Shown here piece by piece: positions 54,976 to 63,931 of a DNA stretch of 64,000 bases; the stretch's first letter is position 1, and each line of letters starts with the position of its first letter. Made by a program: the position numbers and the translations under genes. This DNA comes from an uncultured Fidelibacterota bacterium (lineage in GTDB: Bacteria; Fidelibacterota; Marinisomatia; Marinisomatales; Marinisomataceae), in assembly GCA_902538565.1 (NCBI GenBank), contig CACBFQ010000001.1, positions 195,451 to 259,450 on the forward strand. Reading direction: 5' to 3'. Under the pieces are notes generated by a model. It did no database searches and was not told where the DNA came from. It saw nothing but the letters and a program-made list of their open reading frames with translations.

Positions 54976-55978
54976 GAAGCTAAAGATATTGAAATATAAA
55001 AATATTAAATTTTTTTATTACCTAAGACATGTTATAGCAGCACTAGTACCTAAAATATTTTATCGTTTACGGTTGAAATCAGAGCTAAAAAAGATAAAAT
55101 ACTATGATAAAGAGTATATTTTTTCGCGATTGAATTACTATCATAAAAGAGACGATGAATTTAAAGTTTCAGAAAATTCCATGACAAATAAAAACTTGCT
55201 CCATCGACAGATAAGCAAAATTAATGAAAATATAATTAAAAAAAATAAGGAGGTTGTAAAGCATACTACTTATTTTTTTGATTTGTATAAACTGTTCTCT
55301 TACTTCGATAATAAAAAAAAGTTAGATTTTTTTTTTGGTGACATTACAAAAGCGCAAACAATCCCAACCATTGTAAAAAGTAGGCCAATTATAGATAGTG
55401 ACGATTCTATAATATTAAACTTAAATAAAATTCGACATTTTAATTTTATCAATGATGATAAAAAATTTATTGATAAAAAAAATAAGGCAGTATGGCGAGG
55501 CGACGGAGAAAACTCTAAAGCTAGACAATACTTTTTAAAAAATTATCACCACATATCAATATTTAACATCGGTCAAACAGTTCCAATATTAGATGCACCT
55601 TGGGTTAAAAAGTTTATGCCTATTTCCGAACAACTGCATTATAAATTTATATTTTGTATTGAGGGAATTGATACAGCAACAAGCATAAAATGGGTAATGT
55701 CTTCAAATTCTGTATGTGTCATGCCAAAACCAAAATATGAAACATGGTTTATGGAAGGCACTCTTAAGCCTGATGTGCATTACATTGAAATAAATGATGA
55801 CTTCTCTAACGCTGAACAAAAAATTAAATACTTTATCGAGCATCCAAATAAAGTATTAAAGATTATTGAAAATGCAAAGGCACATGTAGAGCAATTCAAA
55901 AATGTTAAAAGAGAAAAATTAATTTCATTGATGGTATTAGATAAATATTTCTTTTTATCCGGGCAAAAGAATGAATGA
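54968..55978 (+). CDS. GT90/CAP10 (LpsA-like) glycosyltransferase, paralog
   Basis: KSRPI, RHF, VWRG, YKFIFCIEG.D.A and WFMEG. Confidence 0.84.
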   Translation: MNKKLKILKYKNIKFFYYLRHVIAALVPKIFYRLRLKSELKKIKYYDKEYIFSRLNYYHKRDDEFKVSENSMTNKNLLHRQISKINENIIKKNKEVVKHTTYFFDLYKLFSYFDNKKKLDFFFGDITKAQTIPTIVKSRPIIDSDDSIILNLNKIRHFNFINDDKKFIDKKNKAVWRGDGENSKARQYFLKNYHHISIFNIGQTVPILDAPWVKKFMPISEQLHYKFIFCIEGIDTATSIKWVMSSNSVCVMPKPKYETWFMEGTLKPDVHYIEINDDFSNAEQKIKYFIEHPNKVLKIIENAKAHVEQFKNVKREKLISLMVLDKYFFLSGQKNE

Positions 55979-57053
55979 TAAAAATATATGTATTCTTTTT
56001 GACGTACAAGAACTTTACTATTTACCACAATATCTTCCTGTATATCATGAATTTTTAAATCGTAATAAAGGTAATGCTCTTTTTGTATTTTATTATGGCA
56101 AATTTGATACAATAATAAAGAGTATTATAAAATCAGAGAAATTGAATCATGTCTGGGTTGAAAATAAATCTGAGGCAAATAATTATTATAAAAAAGAAAA
56201 AGCTGATTGGATATTTTTTGGAAATAAATTTCCATATCTTGATGAAGTTCACAAAGTAAGTAAAACAATTCAGCTTGGGCATGGTGTTGGCCCAAAATCA
56301 AGTTATTATACGAAGTCTGATACTCCAACTACGGTGAGATTTGTTGAAGGAGAATATAGAACAAATCGCCTAAAAAGCATGTATCCTGATAATAATTTTG
56401 TTGATGTTGGATTTGCTAAACTTGACCCTATTTTTAATGGAAATGCACCTAAATTTGATTTAGAAAGCCTTGGGTTAGATTCGTTTAAGAAGACTCTACT
56501 CTATGCCCCCACTTTTTATCCCAGCAGCATTGAAAGATTTCCAAAAAAATTTCCTGAAGACTTTAAGGATTTCAATATAATGATTAAACCTCATTATTTT
56601 TCATTAAGCCAAGAGAAATACAAAAAACAACGTCAGCTTCTTGAATATTGGTCAGAATATGATAATGTTTATTTAGCAAAAGTTACAGACTATTCAATCG
56701 TTCCTTTTTTAGCAACAGCTGATCTACTTATGAGCGATGCTTCATCAGCAATTATTGAATTTGCTGCTTTAGATAAACCGGTTATATGGTGTAATTTTCT
56801 ACAACTACGCTGGAATTACAAAGGAATTTTTGCTTATCGTTTCAAGAATCGTATGGATAAAGATTATGATGAATATTCTAAAATAGCTGTTCAATCTGAT
56901 TCATATAAAGAATTAAAACATAATATCAAAGAACAGATATTAAATCCTACCTCTCTTTCTGAAATACGACTACAGTACGCAAATAAATTAGCTGGATTGT
57001 TGGATGGAAAATCAAGTCAAAGAATAATAGATTATTTATTAAAAAATTACTAG
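55971..57053 (+). CDS. CDP-glycerol glycerophosphotransferase (TagF-like) family protein
   Basis: QLGHG, GFAKLD, LYAPT, KPH, SDASS..EF and DGKSS.R. Confidence 0.82.
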   Translation: MNDKNICILFDVQELYYLPQYLPVYHEFLNRNKGNALFVFYYGKFDTIIKSIIKSEKLNHVWVENKSEANNYYKKEKADWIFFGNKFPYLDEVHKVSKTIQLGHGVGPKSSYYTKSDTPTTVRFVEGEYRTNRLKSMYPDNNFVDVGFAKLDPIFNGNAPKFDLESLGLDSFKKTLLYAPTFYPSSIERFPKKFPEDFKDFNIMIKPHYFSLSQEKYKKQRQLLEYWSEYDNVYLAKVTDYSIVPFLATADLLMSDASSAIIEFAALDKPVIWCNFLQLRWNYKGIFAYRFKNRMDKDYDEYSKIAVQSDSYKELKHNIKEQILNPTSLSEIRLQYANKLAGLLDGKSSQRIIDYLLKNY

Positions 57054-57094
57054 TATATCTTTGGTAAGTATTTTAAGTAGCACAATAGGAGAAA

Positions 57095-57508
57095 ATGAAA
57101 AAAATTGGGTATACTTCAGGAGTATATGACCTATTTCATATTGGTCATCTAAATATTCTTAAAAGGGCAAAATTAGAGTGTGATCATCTAATAGTAGGTG
57201 TAAGTACTGATGAACTATGTGAATCAGCTAAGAATCAAAAACCTTTCATACCATTTCAAGAACGAATGGATTTAGTTGGGTCGGTAAAATATGTTGATGA
57301 AGTAGTTCCTCAAACTAACTATGATAAAATGGAAGCTTGGAATAATTTAAAATTTGATAAAATGTTTGTTGGAGATGATTGGAAAGGCACTGATCAATGG
57401 AATCAAATTGAAAAAGAATTTTTTCAATATGGAGTTGAAATAATCTATTTTCCTTACACCACTCATACCTCAAGCACTGTTCTTAGAAAAATACTTTCGA
57501 AAAGCTAA
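57095..57508 (+). CDS. tagD: Glycerol-3-phosphate cytidylyltransferase
   Basis: YDLFHIGH, GVSTDE, VGDDW and SST; AGGAG RBS. Confidence 0.85.
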   Translation: MKKIGYTSGVYDLFHIGHLNILKRAKLECDHLIVGVSTDELCESAKNQKPFIPFQERMDLVGSVKYVDEVVPQTNYDKMEAWNNLKFDKMFVGDDWKGTDQWNQIEKEFFQYGVEIIYFPYTTHTSSTVLRKILSKS

Positions 57509-57547
57509 TTACTTTCAAACATTTTCATAACAATACTAAATTAAAAT
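57505..57547 (+). promoter_or_regulatory. 11-bp-period direct repeats (Pho-box-like) plus -10 box
   Basis: CTAATT-N5-CAAACA-N5-ATAACA, then 9 nt, TAAAAT, 5 nt, ATG. Confidence 0.4.
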
Positions 57548-57552
57548 GTTAA

Positions 57553-58587
57553 ATGAATATTTTATATGGTATCTCAGCTACTGGTAATGGTCATATTTCT
57601 AGATCAAGAATTCTCATATCTGCGTTAAAAAAAAGAGGACATAATATTACAGTACTTTTTAGTGGTAGAGATATAAAAGATCTATTTGATACAAAAGAAT
57701 TTGAACCTTTCATTGCCAGAGAAGGATTTACTTTCAAAATCAAAAATGGAAAGGTTCAATATTTTAGTACTTTATTAAATACAAATATATATAATTTTTT
57801 TTACGATATTTTTAAAATAAACAATGATTATGATGTTGTAGTAACTGATTTTGAACCTATATCAGCTTTTGCGGCTAAAAAATTCAATATTCCATGTATT
57901 GGCGTTGGTCACCAGTACTCTTTCAATACTAATATACCCATGACGATAAAAATGAAATTTTTTAGTTTATTTTTTCCAAAATTTTTTACCCCAGTTGATA
58001 AATCAATTGCATCACATTTCTATCATTTTAACCAACCAATCTTACCACCGTTTATTGATGAAAAATTGCAGAACAGCAATAATGCTAAACAGAAAAAGGA
58101 TGTTATTTTGGTTTACTTGCCTTGGGAAAGGCAAGATAAAATGCTAGATATTTGTTCAAAAATTAAAAGTAAAAAATTTATTTACTATACAAACATCGAT
58201 GAAGAACTTGAAGTCAATAATGTTTTACTAAAACCCTTTTCAAACGTCAATTTTAAAAAGGATTTAATTGAATCAGAAGGTGTCATAACCAATGCAGGAT
58301 TTCAGTTACCTTCAGAATGTATTTTTTTAGGGAAAAAATTATTATGTAAACCACTTCTAGGGCAACCAGAGCAGGAGCATAATGCTAAAATTCTGTCAGA
58401 TTTAAAATTAGCTACCACATGTAATAACTTAACTACTTCAACAATTAATGATTGGATTAAAAATAGTTCTAGTAGAAGAATTCAATATAAAAATCCTGTT
58501 GATTTAATGATTAAAATTATTGAAAACCCTGAGATTGATTTTTCAAATGAAATTATTGATATTTGGGGTACAAATGATAATTTATAA
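57553..58587 (+). CDS. MJ1255/VC2487-family GT-B glycosyltransferase
   Basis: TGNGHISRS, TDFEP, VGHQY, LPP, NAGF..SE and GQPEQ..NA. Confidence 0.85.
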   Translation: MNILYGISATGNGHISRSRILISALKKRGHNITVLFSGRDIKDLFDTKEFEPFIAREGFTFKIKNGKVQYFSTLLNTNIYNFFYDIFKINNDYDVVVTDFEPISAFAAKKFNIPCIGVGHQYSFNTNIPMTIKMKFFSLFFPKFFTPVDKSIASHFYHFNQPILPPFIDEKLQNSNNAKQKKDVILVYLPWERQDKMLDICSKIKSKKFIYYTNIDEELEVNNVLLKPFSNVNFKKDLIESEGVITNAGFQLPSECIFLGKKLLCKPLLGQPEQEHNAKILSDLKLATTCNNLTTSTINDWIKNSSSRRIQYKNPVDLMIKIIENPEIDFSNEIIDIWGTNDNL

Positions 58588-59407
58588 TACCTTTCCCCAC
58601 GCTGAACTAGATCATGAAAAATATGAAATAGAAAAAAGACGTCTTCAAGTTGAATTATTAAAACTTCAAGAATGGGTTATAAATAAAAATAAAAAAATAG
58701 CAATTATTTTTGAAGGTAGGGACGCTGCTGGTAAGGGCTCTACTATAAAACGATTCATTGAACATTTGATTCCTAAAAATGCCAAGGTAATTGAGCTTGG
58801 TATTCCAACAGAAAAACAAAATAAACGGTGGTTTAAGACTTATGAAAAACTTTTACCTAAAAAAGGAAAAATTCATTTCTTTGATAGATCATGGTATTCA
58901 AGAGCTTTAATACAACCAGCGATGGGTTATTGCAATGAAAAGCAATACAAATACTTTATGAAAAAAGTAAATGAATGGGAAGAAAAACAAGTCCAAAATG
59001 GATTAATTTTAATAAAATTTTATCTTTCAATTTCTAAAGACAGTCAAAGTTTAAGATTTAAAATAAGGCAATCTCATAAACTAAAATATTGGAAGTTTTC
59101 AAATAACGACCTCATTGCTATGAGTAAATGGGATATTTTTTCACAATTTAAAAATCAAATGTTTCATCATACTTCTACAGCAGCCAATCCATGGGTAGTA
59201 ATCAATGCTAACAATAAAATGATTGGCAGGCTTAATGCAATGAGATATGTTTTATCTTCAATTCATTATGATAATAAAAAGGAGCTTAAACCTAAAAAAT
59301 GGTCTAAGGATTCTTACAAAAATAGTATTACATTTCATGGTGTCACATTCAAAAATCTTACAAAAGAACAATATGACTTATTATACAGAATCCAATCCAA
59401 CACCTAA
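58574..59407 (+). CDS. ppk2: Polyphosphate kinase 2
   Basis: FEGRDAAGKG, FDRSWY, KF..S and WK.S..D; start set at MIIYN. Confidence 0.92.
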   Translation: MIIYNTFPHAELDHEKYEIEKRRLQVELLKLQEWVINKNKKIAIIFEGRDAAGKGSTIKRFIEHLIPKNAKVIELGIPTEKQNKRWFKTYEKLLPKKGKIHFFDRSWYSRALIQPAMGYCNEKQYKYFMKKVNEWEEKQVQNGLILIKFYLSISKDSQSLRFKIRQSHKLKYWKFSNNDLIAMSKWDIFSQFKNQMFHHTSTAANPWVVINANNKMIGRLNAMRYVLSSIHYDNKKELKPKKWSKDSYKNSITFHGVTFKNLTKEQYDLLYRIQSNT

Positions 59408-59855
59408 GTTTGATACTGCTGGAGGCATTGTTCTTTGCAATAAAAAATTGTTGTTTATCTATAAAAGAGGAATATGGGACTTACCAAAAGGCAAAATTGA
59501 ATTAAATCATACCACAGAATCAACAGCTGTTCGAGAAATTTCAGAAGAAACTGGTCTTAAAGAAACTGATTTAACTGTCATAAATAAACTTCCAAAAACA
59601 AAATACTATAAAAAGGTTAACGGTGAAGCTTTTTTAAAAAAAAATTATTGGTTTATCATCAATTATACTGGAGACCCTTTAACGACTTTAGTTCCTGACC
59701 AGAGCGAGGGTATAACAGAATGTAAGTGGGTAGAGCTTAATAATTTGGATTCTATCATTACAAATACTCATGCAAGAATAAGTTATTTAATTGACTATTT
59801 TTTAAATGATCCAGATTTTGAGAACTATTTGAACGGCTCAGTATTAAACAACTGA
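59373..59855 (+). CDS. Nudix hydrolase
   Basis: AGGIV, WDLPKGK and AVREISEETGL; start set at MTYY. Confidence 0.88.
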   Translation: MTYYTESNPTPKFDTAGGIVLCNKKLLFIYKRGIWDLPKGKIELNHTTESTAVREISEETGLKETDLTVINKLPKTKYYKKVNGEAFLKKNYWFIINYTGDPLTTLVPDQSEGITECKWVELNNLDSIITNTHARISYLIDYFLNDPDFENYLNGSVLNN

Positions 59856-60085
59856 ACAAGATCTTCAAATCCGCCAATAGGTAAATCATTAATTAAAATT
59901 TGAGGTACTGTTGGCCCCTTAGTAATCGAAGCCATCTGTTCGCGTGACATATCGTTCTCTTCAATGTCAATCTCAGTGAAACTATAACCTTTTTCAGATA
60001 ATAGTCTTTTTGCCATTTTACAAGGCCCACACCAGGACGTGGTATAAATTTTAATTGAAGTGTTTTTTGGAGTCCTTTTTTCCAT
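59825..60085 (-). CDS. Glutaredoxin 3-like protein
   Basis: WCGPC, TVPQI and IGGF. Confidence 0.88.
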   Translation of the reverse strand: MEKRTPKNTSIKIYTTSWCGPCKMAKRLLSEKGYSFTEIDIEENDMSREQMASITKGPTVPQILINDLPIGGFEDLVQLFNTEPFK

Positions 60086-60113
60086 GCGCAAATATAGTAT
60101 TTTTTTCTAAAAA

Positions 60114-60157
60114 CAAACAAGTTTCTAACATAATACTAATTTTTAAGTGCTTAATTT
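60114..60157 (+). promoter_or_regulatory. 11-bp-period direct repeats (Pho-box-like) plus -10 box
   Basis: CAAACA-N5-CTAACA-N5-CTAATT, then 10 nt, TAATTT, ATG. Confidence 0.4.
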
Positions 60158-60158
60158 T

Positions 60159-60929
60159 ATGATGTCAAAATATAAATCTATTTTTATTTCAGACATTCAT
60201 TTAGGTTCACGGGGTTCAAAAGCAAAACTATTATATAAATTTTTAGATTATATAGAAGATGATGTAGGTACTGATAATTTATTTATTGTTGGAGACTTAA
60301 TTGATATTTGGGCATTAAAAAGAAAATGGAAATTTCCGAAGTCTCATTCTAATATTGTTAGGAAGTTACTGGGAATGGCCAAACGAGGCATTCATGTCAC
60401 TTACTTACCTGGAAATCATGATGAAACATTTAAAGAGTTCTCTGGCAATAAATTTGGGAAAATAAAAATTAAAAACTTCTGCACCTATAAATCTGTAAAT
60501 AAAAAAAGATATTATGTATGTCATGGTGATGAATTTGATATCTTTATGACTCCAAAATTTAGCTGGATATCTCATTTAGGCGGAGGTGTATATGAAAGAA
60601 TTTTATGGATGAATCAAATCCTTAATTGGTGGAGGAAAAAAACTGGTGGTAAATATTGGTCGCTATCAAAATATGTCAAAAGAAAAGCTAAAATAGCATC
60701 AAATGTCATTTCAAAATATGAAAATGCTTTAATTAATTCTGGAGAAAAAAAAGGATATGATGGAGTAATTTGTGGACATATTCATCATGCTGAGGATAAA
60801 ATAATTAATGACTTTCATTACTTAAATTGTGGAGACTGGGTTGATAGCTGCACTGCATTAGGAGAGGATTTTGATGGAAACTGGCATATTATTGATTGGG
60901 GTCACAAAATTTTTAAAAATAAACTTTAA
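60159..60929 (+). CDS. Metallophosphoesterase of the PlcP/LpxH2 type (probable phospholipase C)
   Basis: SDIHLG, GDLID.W, GNHDE, HGDEFD, YWSLS, CGHIH and GDWV.S.TA. Confidence 0.8.
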   Translation: MMSKYKSIFISDIHLGSRGSKAKLLYKFLDYIEDDVGTDNLFIVGDLIDIWALKRKWKFPKSHSNIVRKLLGMAKRGIHVTYLPGNHDETFKEFSGNKFGKIKIKNFCTYKSVNKKRYYVCHGDEFDIFMTPKFSWISHLGGGVYERILWMNQILNWWRKKTGGKYWSLSKYVKRKAKIASNVISKYENALINSGEKKGYDGVICGHIHHAEDKIINDFHYLNCGDWVDSCTALGEDFDGNWHIIDWGHKIFKNKL

Positions 60930-60966
60930 TACTTTTCAACTCAGATAATAATATTTAATATTCAAC

Positions 60967-61050
60967 ATGGAATTTGGATTATACTATTGGGGAATTTTTG
61001 GCGGAGTGATATTATTTGTTTTTTTAGTCTCTCTTCTATTCAACCCGTGA
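60967..61050 (+). CDS. 27-aa single-TM peptide (not in ORF track)
   Basis: MEFGLYYWGIFGGVILFVFLVSLLFNP*; TAATAT 5 nt before the ATG. Confidence 0.5.
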   Translation: MEFGLYYWGIFGGVILFVFLVSLLFNP

Positions 61051-61060
61051 GGAAGGTATT

Positions 61061-61291
61061 ATGGAAATTATAACTAACTTTGCAGAAGCTCTTCAAGCAA
61101 ATCCAGCGTTGCTCGTTGGTATATCACTTTGGGAAGCTCTATTTACTTTATTGGCTTTGTGGTTTGCTGCAAGAAACGATCATAAGGGTTGGTTCCTATT
61201 ATGTGGTCTTGTCCAACTATTTGGATTAGTAGAAATATTCTATCTTGCGACAAAAACAAACTTTTTTAAAGACTTCAAATTAAATGGGTAA
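61061..61291 (+). CDS. Small membrane protein (DUF5652-like)
   Basis: ALW.AARN..K.WF...G..EI.Y pattern; purine-rich RBS. Confidence 0.7.
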   Translation: MEIITNFAEALQANPALLVGISLWEALFTLLALWFAARNDHKGWFLLCGLVQLFGLVEIFYLATKTNFFKDFKLNG

Positions 61292-61487
61292 ACATTTTCC
61301 AACAATCATTGCTTCAATAATGCTTATTGCCATGCTTGGATTAATGAGCAATTGTCAAGTAAATACAGATGTTCCACTTGAGTATCAAAGCCCAATGGAA
61401 ACAAGTGAACATCTTGATGAAAATGGCGAAGAAATGAAAAAAAGAATCGTCAATTGGGAATTCCAAAGAGATAAACAAGATCCTTGA
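61284..61487 (+). CDS. Small putative lipoprotein
   Basis: Hydrophobic N-terminus followed by SNC; overlaps both neighbours. Confidence 0.55.
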   Translation: MGKHFPTIIASIMLIAMLGLMSNCQVNTDVPLEYQSPMETSEHLDENGEEMKKRIVNWEFQRDKQDP

Positions 61488-62401
61488 AAAAAATTTTATC
61501 TTTCTGCATAGCTACGCTATGTCTCTACTTTGCATTTAATCAAGTAAATATAGAAGATATTTATCGTGCTTTATCTAATGCAAATTTGATTTATATCTTT
61601 GTTGCATTTATTACAACTTTTGTAACATTCATTCTCAGATCGTTAAGATGGAAGATTTTATTAGATTCACCAAAAGATCTTGAATTACAGAAATATATTT
61701 CAACAACTCATATTGGATATTTTTTAAATAACATACTTCCATTTAGAGCTGGGGATTTGGCTAGAGCAAAACTATTATCTAGCAACACAACTAATATAAG
61801 GTTTAGCTTTCTTGTTGGAAGCTTGGTAGCCGAAAAAATTATTGACTTATGGATTGTTGGATTATTTAGCATTTTCTTAATTCTTTTTGGATTTAATAAT
61901 GTCCTAGTATTAGAATTCTCCATTGGAATTTTACTATTATACATAATTACCTCATTCATCATTTTTGGTAATAACTCCCTCGCTAATAAAATGCAAAAAC
62001 AATTTTCGATTACTAAAAATTTTATTGATGGATATTTATTAGTGTCCAAAAATAAAATTAAACTTGGCGGTATTTCCATTCTGCTATGGTGCTCATTTGT
62101 GGCTTATATGTATACATTATTGAGGTCTGTTAATATTGATTTATCTTTTCAACAATATATTGGAATTACGGTTATTACTAGCATTGTAACCTCATTACCA
62201 ATAGCTCCTGCTGCAATTGGAACATATCATTTAGCTGTTATTTACTTTCTTAATCTATATGGAATAGAAATTGATCAGTCGCAGACAGCTGCAATCCTAT
62301 TACATTCTGTATTTCTATTGTATACTATTATTTTAGGATATATTTATTTATCTTTTGAAAAAATTGAATTGAAATCACTTATCAATGACGATAAAAACTA
62401 A
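61484..62401 (+). CDS. LPG_synthase_TM / flippase-like membrane protein
   Basis: RSLRW, NNILPFRAGD, EKIID and P.APAAIGTY. Confidence 0.82.
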   Translation: MKKILSFCIATLCLYFAFNQVNIEDIYRALSNANLIYIFVAFITTFVTFILRSLRWKILLDSPKDLELQKYISTTHIGYFLNNILPFRAGDLARAKLLSSNTTNIRFSFLVGSLVAEKIIDLWIVGLFSIFLILFGFNNVLVLEFSIGILLLYIITSFIIFGNNSLANKMQKQFSITKNFIDGYLLVSKNKIKLGGISILLWCSFVAYMYTLLRSVNIDLSFQQYIGITVITSIVTSLPIAPAAIGTYHLAVIYFLNLYGIEIDQSQTAAILLHSVFLLYTIILGYIYLSFEKIELKSLINDDKN

Positions 62402-63263
62402 AGGTCTTTTAACGGTTCTAACTGCATATGTTATTGCAGTAATTCTAGGTTTTATATCTTTAAAATTTTCTTCCAATTTGTCATCAATGATGCAAATTCT
62501 AATAGCTGATATTGTTGCAACATTTGTTATTTACTCATTTAGTGTATACCATAAAAATTCATCTTTTTATGATCCATACTGGTCTGTCATTCCTCCATTC
62601 ATTGCATTCTTTTGGTTTGCTAAAAATAATTATATGATTAATACTCCCTCTTTAATTCTTATGGTAGCTGTTCTCTTTTGGTCGCTGAGGCTGACTTACA
62701 ACTGGATGAAAACTTGGGATGGATTACACCATGAAGATTGGAGATATATTGACATGAGAAATAATCTCGGAAATTCATTTGAGATCATAGGCAATCTTGG
62801 CGGAATTCATTTCTTTCCTACTTTCATTGTTTTCTTCTGCTGCATGCCTATGGCCCAAAATTTTTCACAAAGCTATAATTGGACAATTTTTCTAGGTTTT
62901 GGATTATGTATAATTGGCGTACTACTAGAAATCATAAGTGATAAACAGCTGCATTCTTTTCGAAAAATTCATCCTAGTGGAACTGGTATTATTGAAACAG
63001 GGCTATGGAACTATTCTAGACATCCTAACTACTACGGTGAAATTATGTTTTGGTGGGGAATCTTTGTTTTTGGATATTCTTTTACAGGCCTGAACTATTT
63101 GTTGTTAGCCCCAATAGCTATGACAGCAATGTTTTGGTATGCTAGTATTCCATGGATTGAAATTAAAATATTAAGAACTAGACCTCAGTATAAAGATTAT
63201 CAAAAAAGAGTTCATATTTTATTCCCAGAAATCACTATATTTAAGCGCTTATTTAAAGGATAA
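62385..63263 (+). CDS. DUF1295 (steroid 5-alpha-reductase-like) membrane protein
   Basis: NSSFYDPYWS, EDWRY, SDKQL and GLW.YSRHPNYYGE. Confidence 0.88.
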   Translation: MTIKTKGLLTVLTAYVIAVILGFISLKFSSNLSSMMQILIADIVATFVIYSFSVYHKNSSFYDPYWSVIPPFIAFFWFAKNNYMINTPSLILMVAVLFWSLRLTYNWMKTWDGLHHEDWRYIDMRNNLGNSFEIIGNLGGIHFFPTFIVFFCCMPMAQNFSQSYNWTIFLGFGLCIIGVLLEIISDKQLHSFRKIHPSGTGIIETGLWNYSRHPNYYGEIMFWWGIFVFGYSFTGLNYLLLAPIAMTAMFWYASIPWIEIKILRTRPQYKDYQKRVHILFPEITIFKRLFKG

Positions 63264-63264
63264 T

Positions 63265-63378
63265 ATGGATAAAAACACAGTAAAACTGCTAGCAATATTC
63301 GGTATCATTATATCTCTTCATATGATTTTTTTCTTGCTTGTTATGGTACCAAATAAAACATTTTATCTTTTTGGCTAG
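63265..63378 (+). CDS. 37-aa single-TM peptide (not in ORF track)
   Basis: MDKNTVKLLAIFGIIISLHMIFFLLVMVPNKTFYLFG*; AAGGA RBS; begins 1 nt after the upstream stop. Confidence 0.55.
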   Translation: MDKNTVKLLAIFGIIISLHMIFFLLVMVPNKTFYLFG

Positions 63379-63391
63379 CTAACTAACAAAG

Positions 63392-63931
63392 TTATTTCTG
63401 ATTTTCTATAGATCCCACTAAGTAGACCTTTATATCCACTTGATTTCGAATTTTAATAGTTAATAATGCAGGTCTTTTAATTTTGAAATCAGTAAGCATA
63501 ATTGAAAAATCTGATGTAACTATAATATTTTCATTGTCTTCATTTAGCTCTACTGGAATAGTAAATTCTTTTGTTATTCCATGAAAACTAAGATTACCTA
63601 CTACATCAAATCCGCTTTCTGATTTGTTTATTTTGGAAGAAGTGAATCTGACAAATGGATAGTAGTACTCTTCAACAACATCCAGCATATTTGAGTCTCG
63701 ATTAGCATTTTTACTATCAAAGCTAAATACTGGAACAAATAAGTCTACTTTTGATTGTGTTAAATCTTGTTTATTTATCTCAAAAGTTCCTTGAATATCT
63801 TTCGATATACCAGTCCAATTATGAGCAGGATGTTTACCATCATAAGAGATAAAACTTTTGGTTAAGTCAAACTCAACAAATGATTGAGCAAACAGAAATT
63901 GGAAAAATAATATGGAAATAAATTTCTTCAC
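63392..63931 (-). CDS. YceI-family lipid/polyisoprenoid-binding protein
   Basis: Signal peptide; H.W.G, FDS.N..RD, G.LSFHGITK and DF.I..P. Confidence 0.85.
   Translation of the reverse strand: MKKFISILFFQFLFAQSFVEFDLTKSFISYDGKHPAHNWTGISKDIQGTFEINKQDLTQSKVDLFVPVFSFDSKNANRDSNMLDVVEEYYYPFVRFTSSKINKSESGFDVVGNLSFHGITKEFTIPVELNEDNENIIVTSDFSIMLTDFKIKRPALLTIKIRNQVDIKVYLVGSIENQK

Noticed and set aside
58520-59855. Programmed frameshift between ppk2 and Nudix, suggested by the long ORF overlap
   Set aside because: Downstream ATGs at 58574 and 59373 reduce the overlaps to ordinary lengths, and both domains are complete.
5945-62079. Short antisense or alternate-frame ORFs (e.g. 9324, 11368, 13467, 20780, 29245, 35346, 40681, 48324, 52629, 55780, 59893, 61708)
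   Set aside because: They are shadows of well-supported genes and carry no recognisable motifs.
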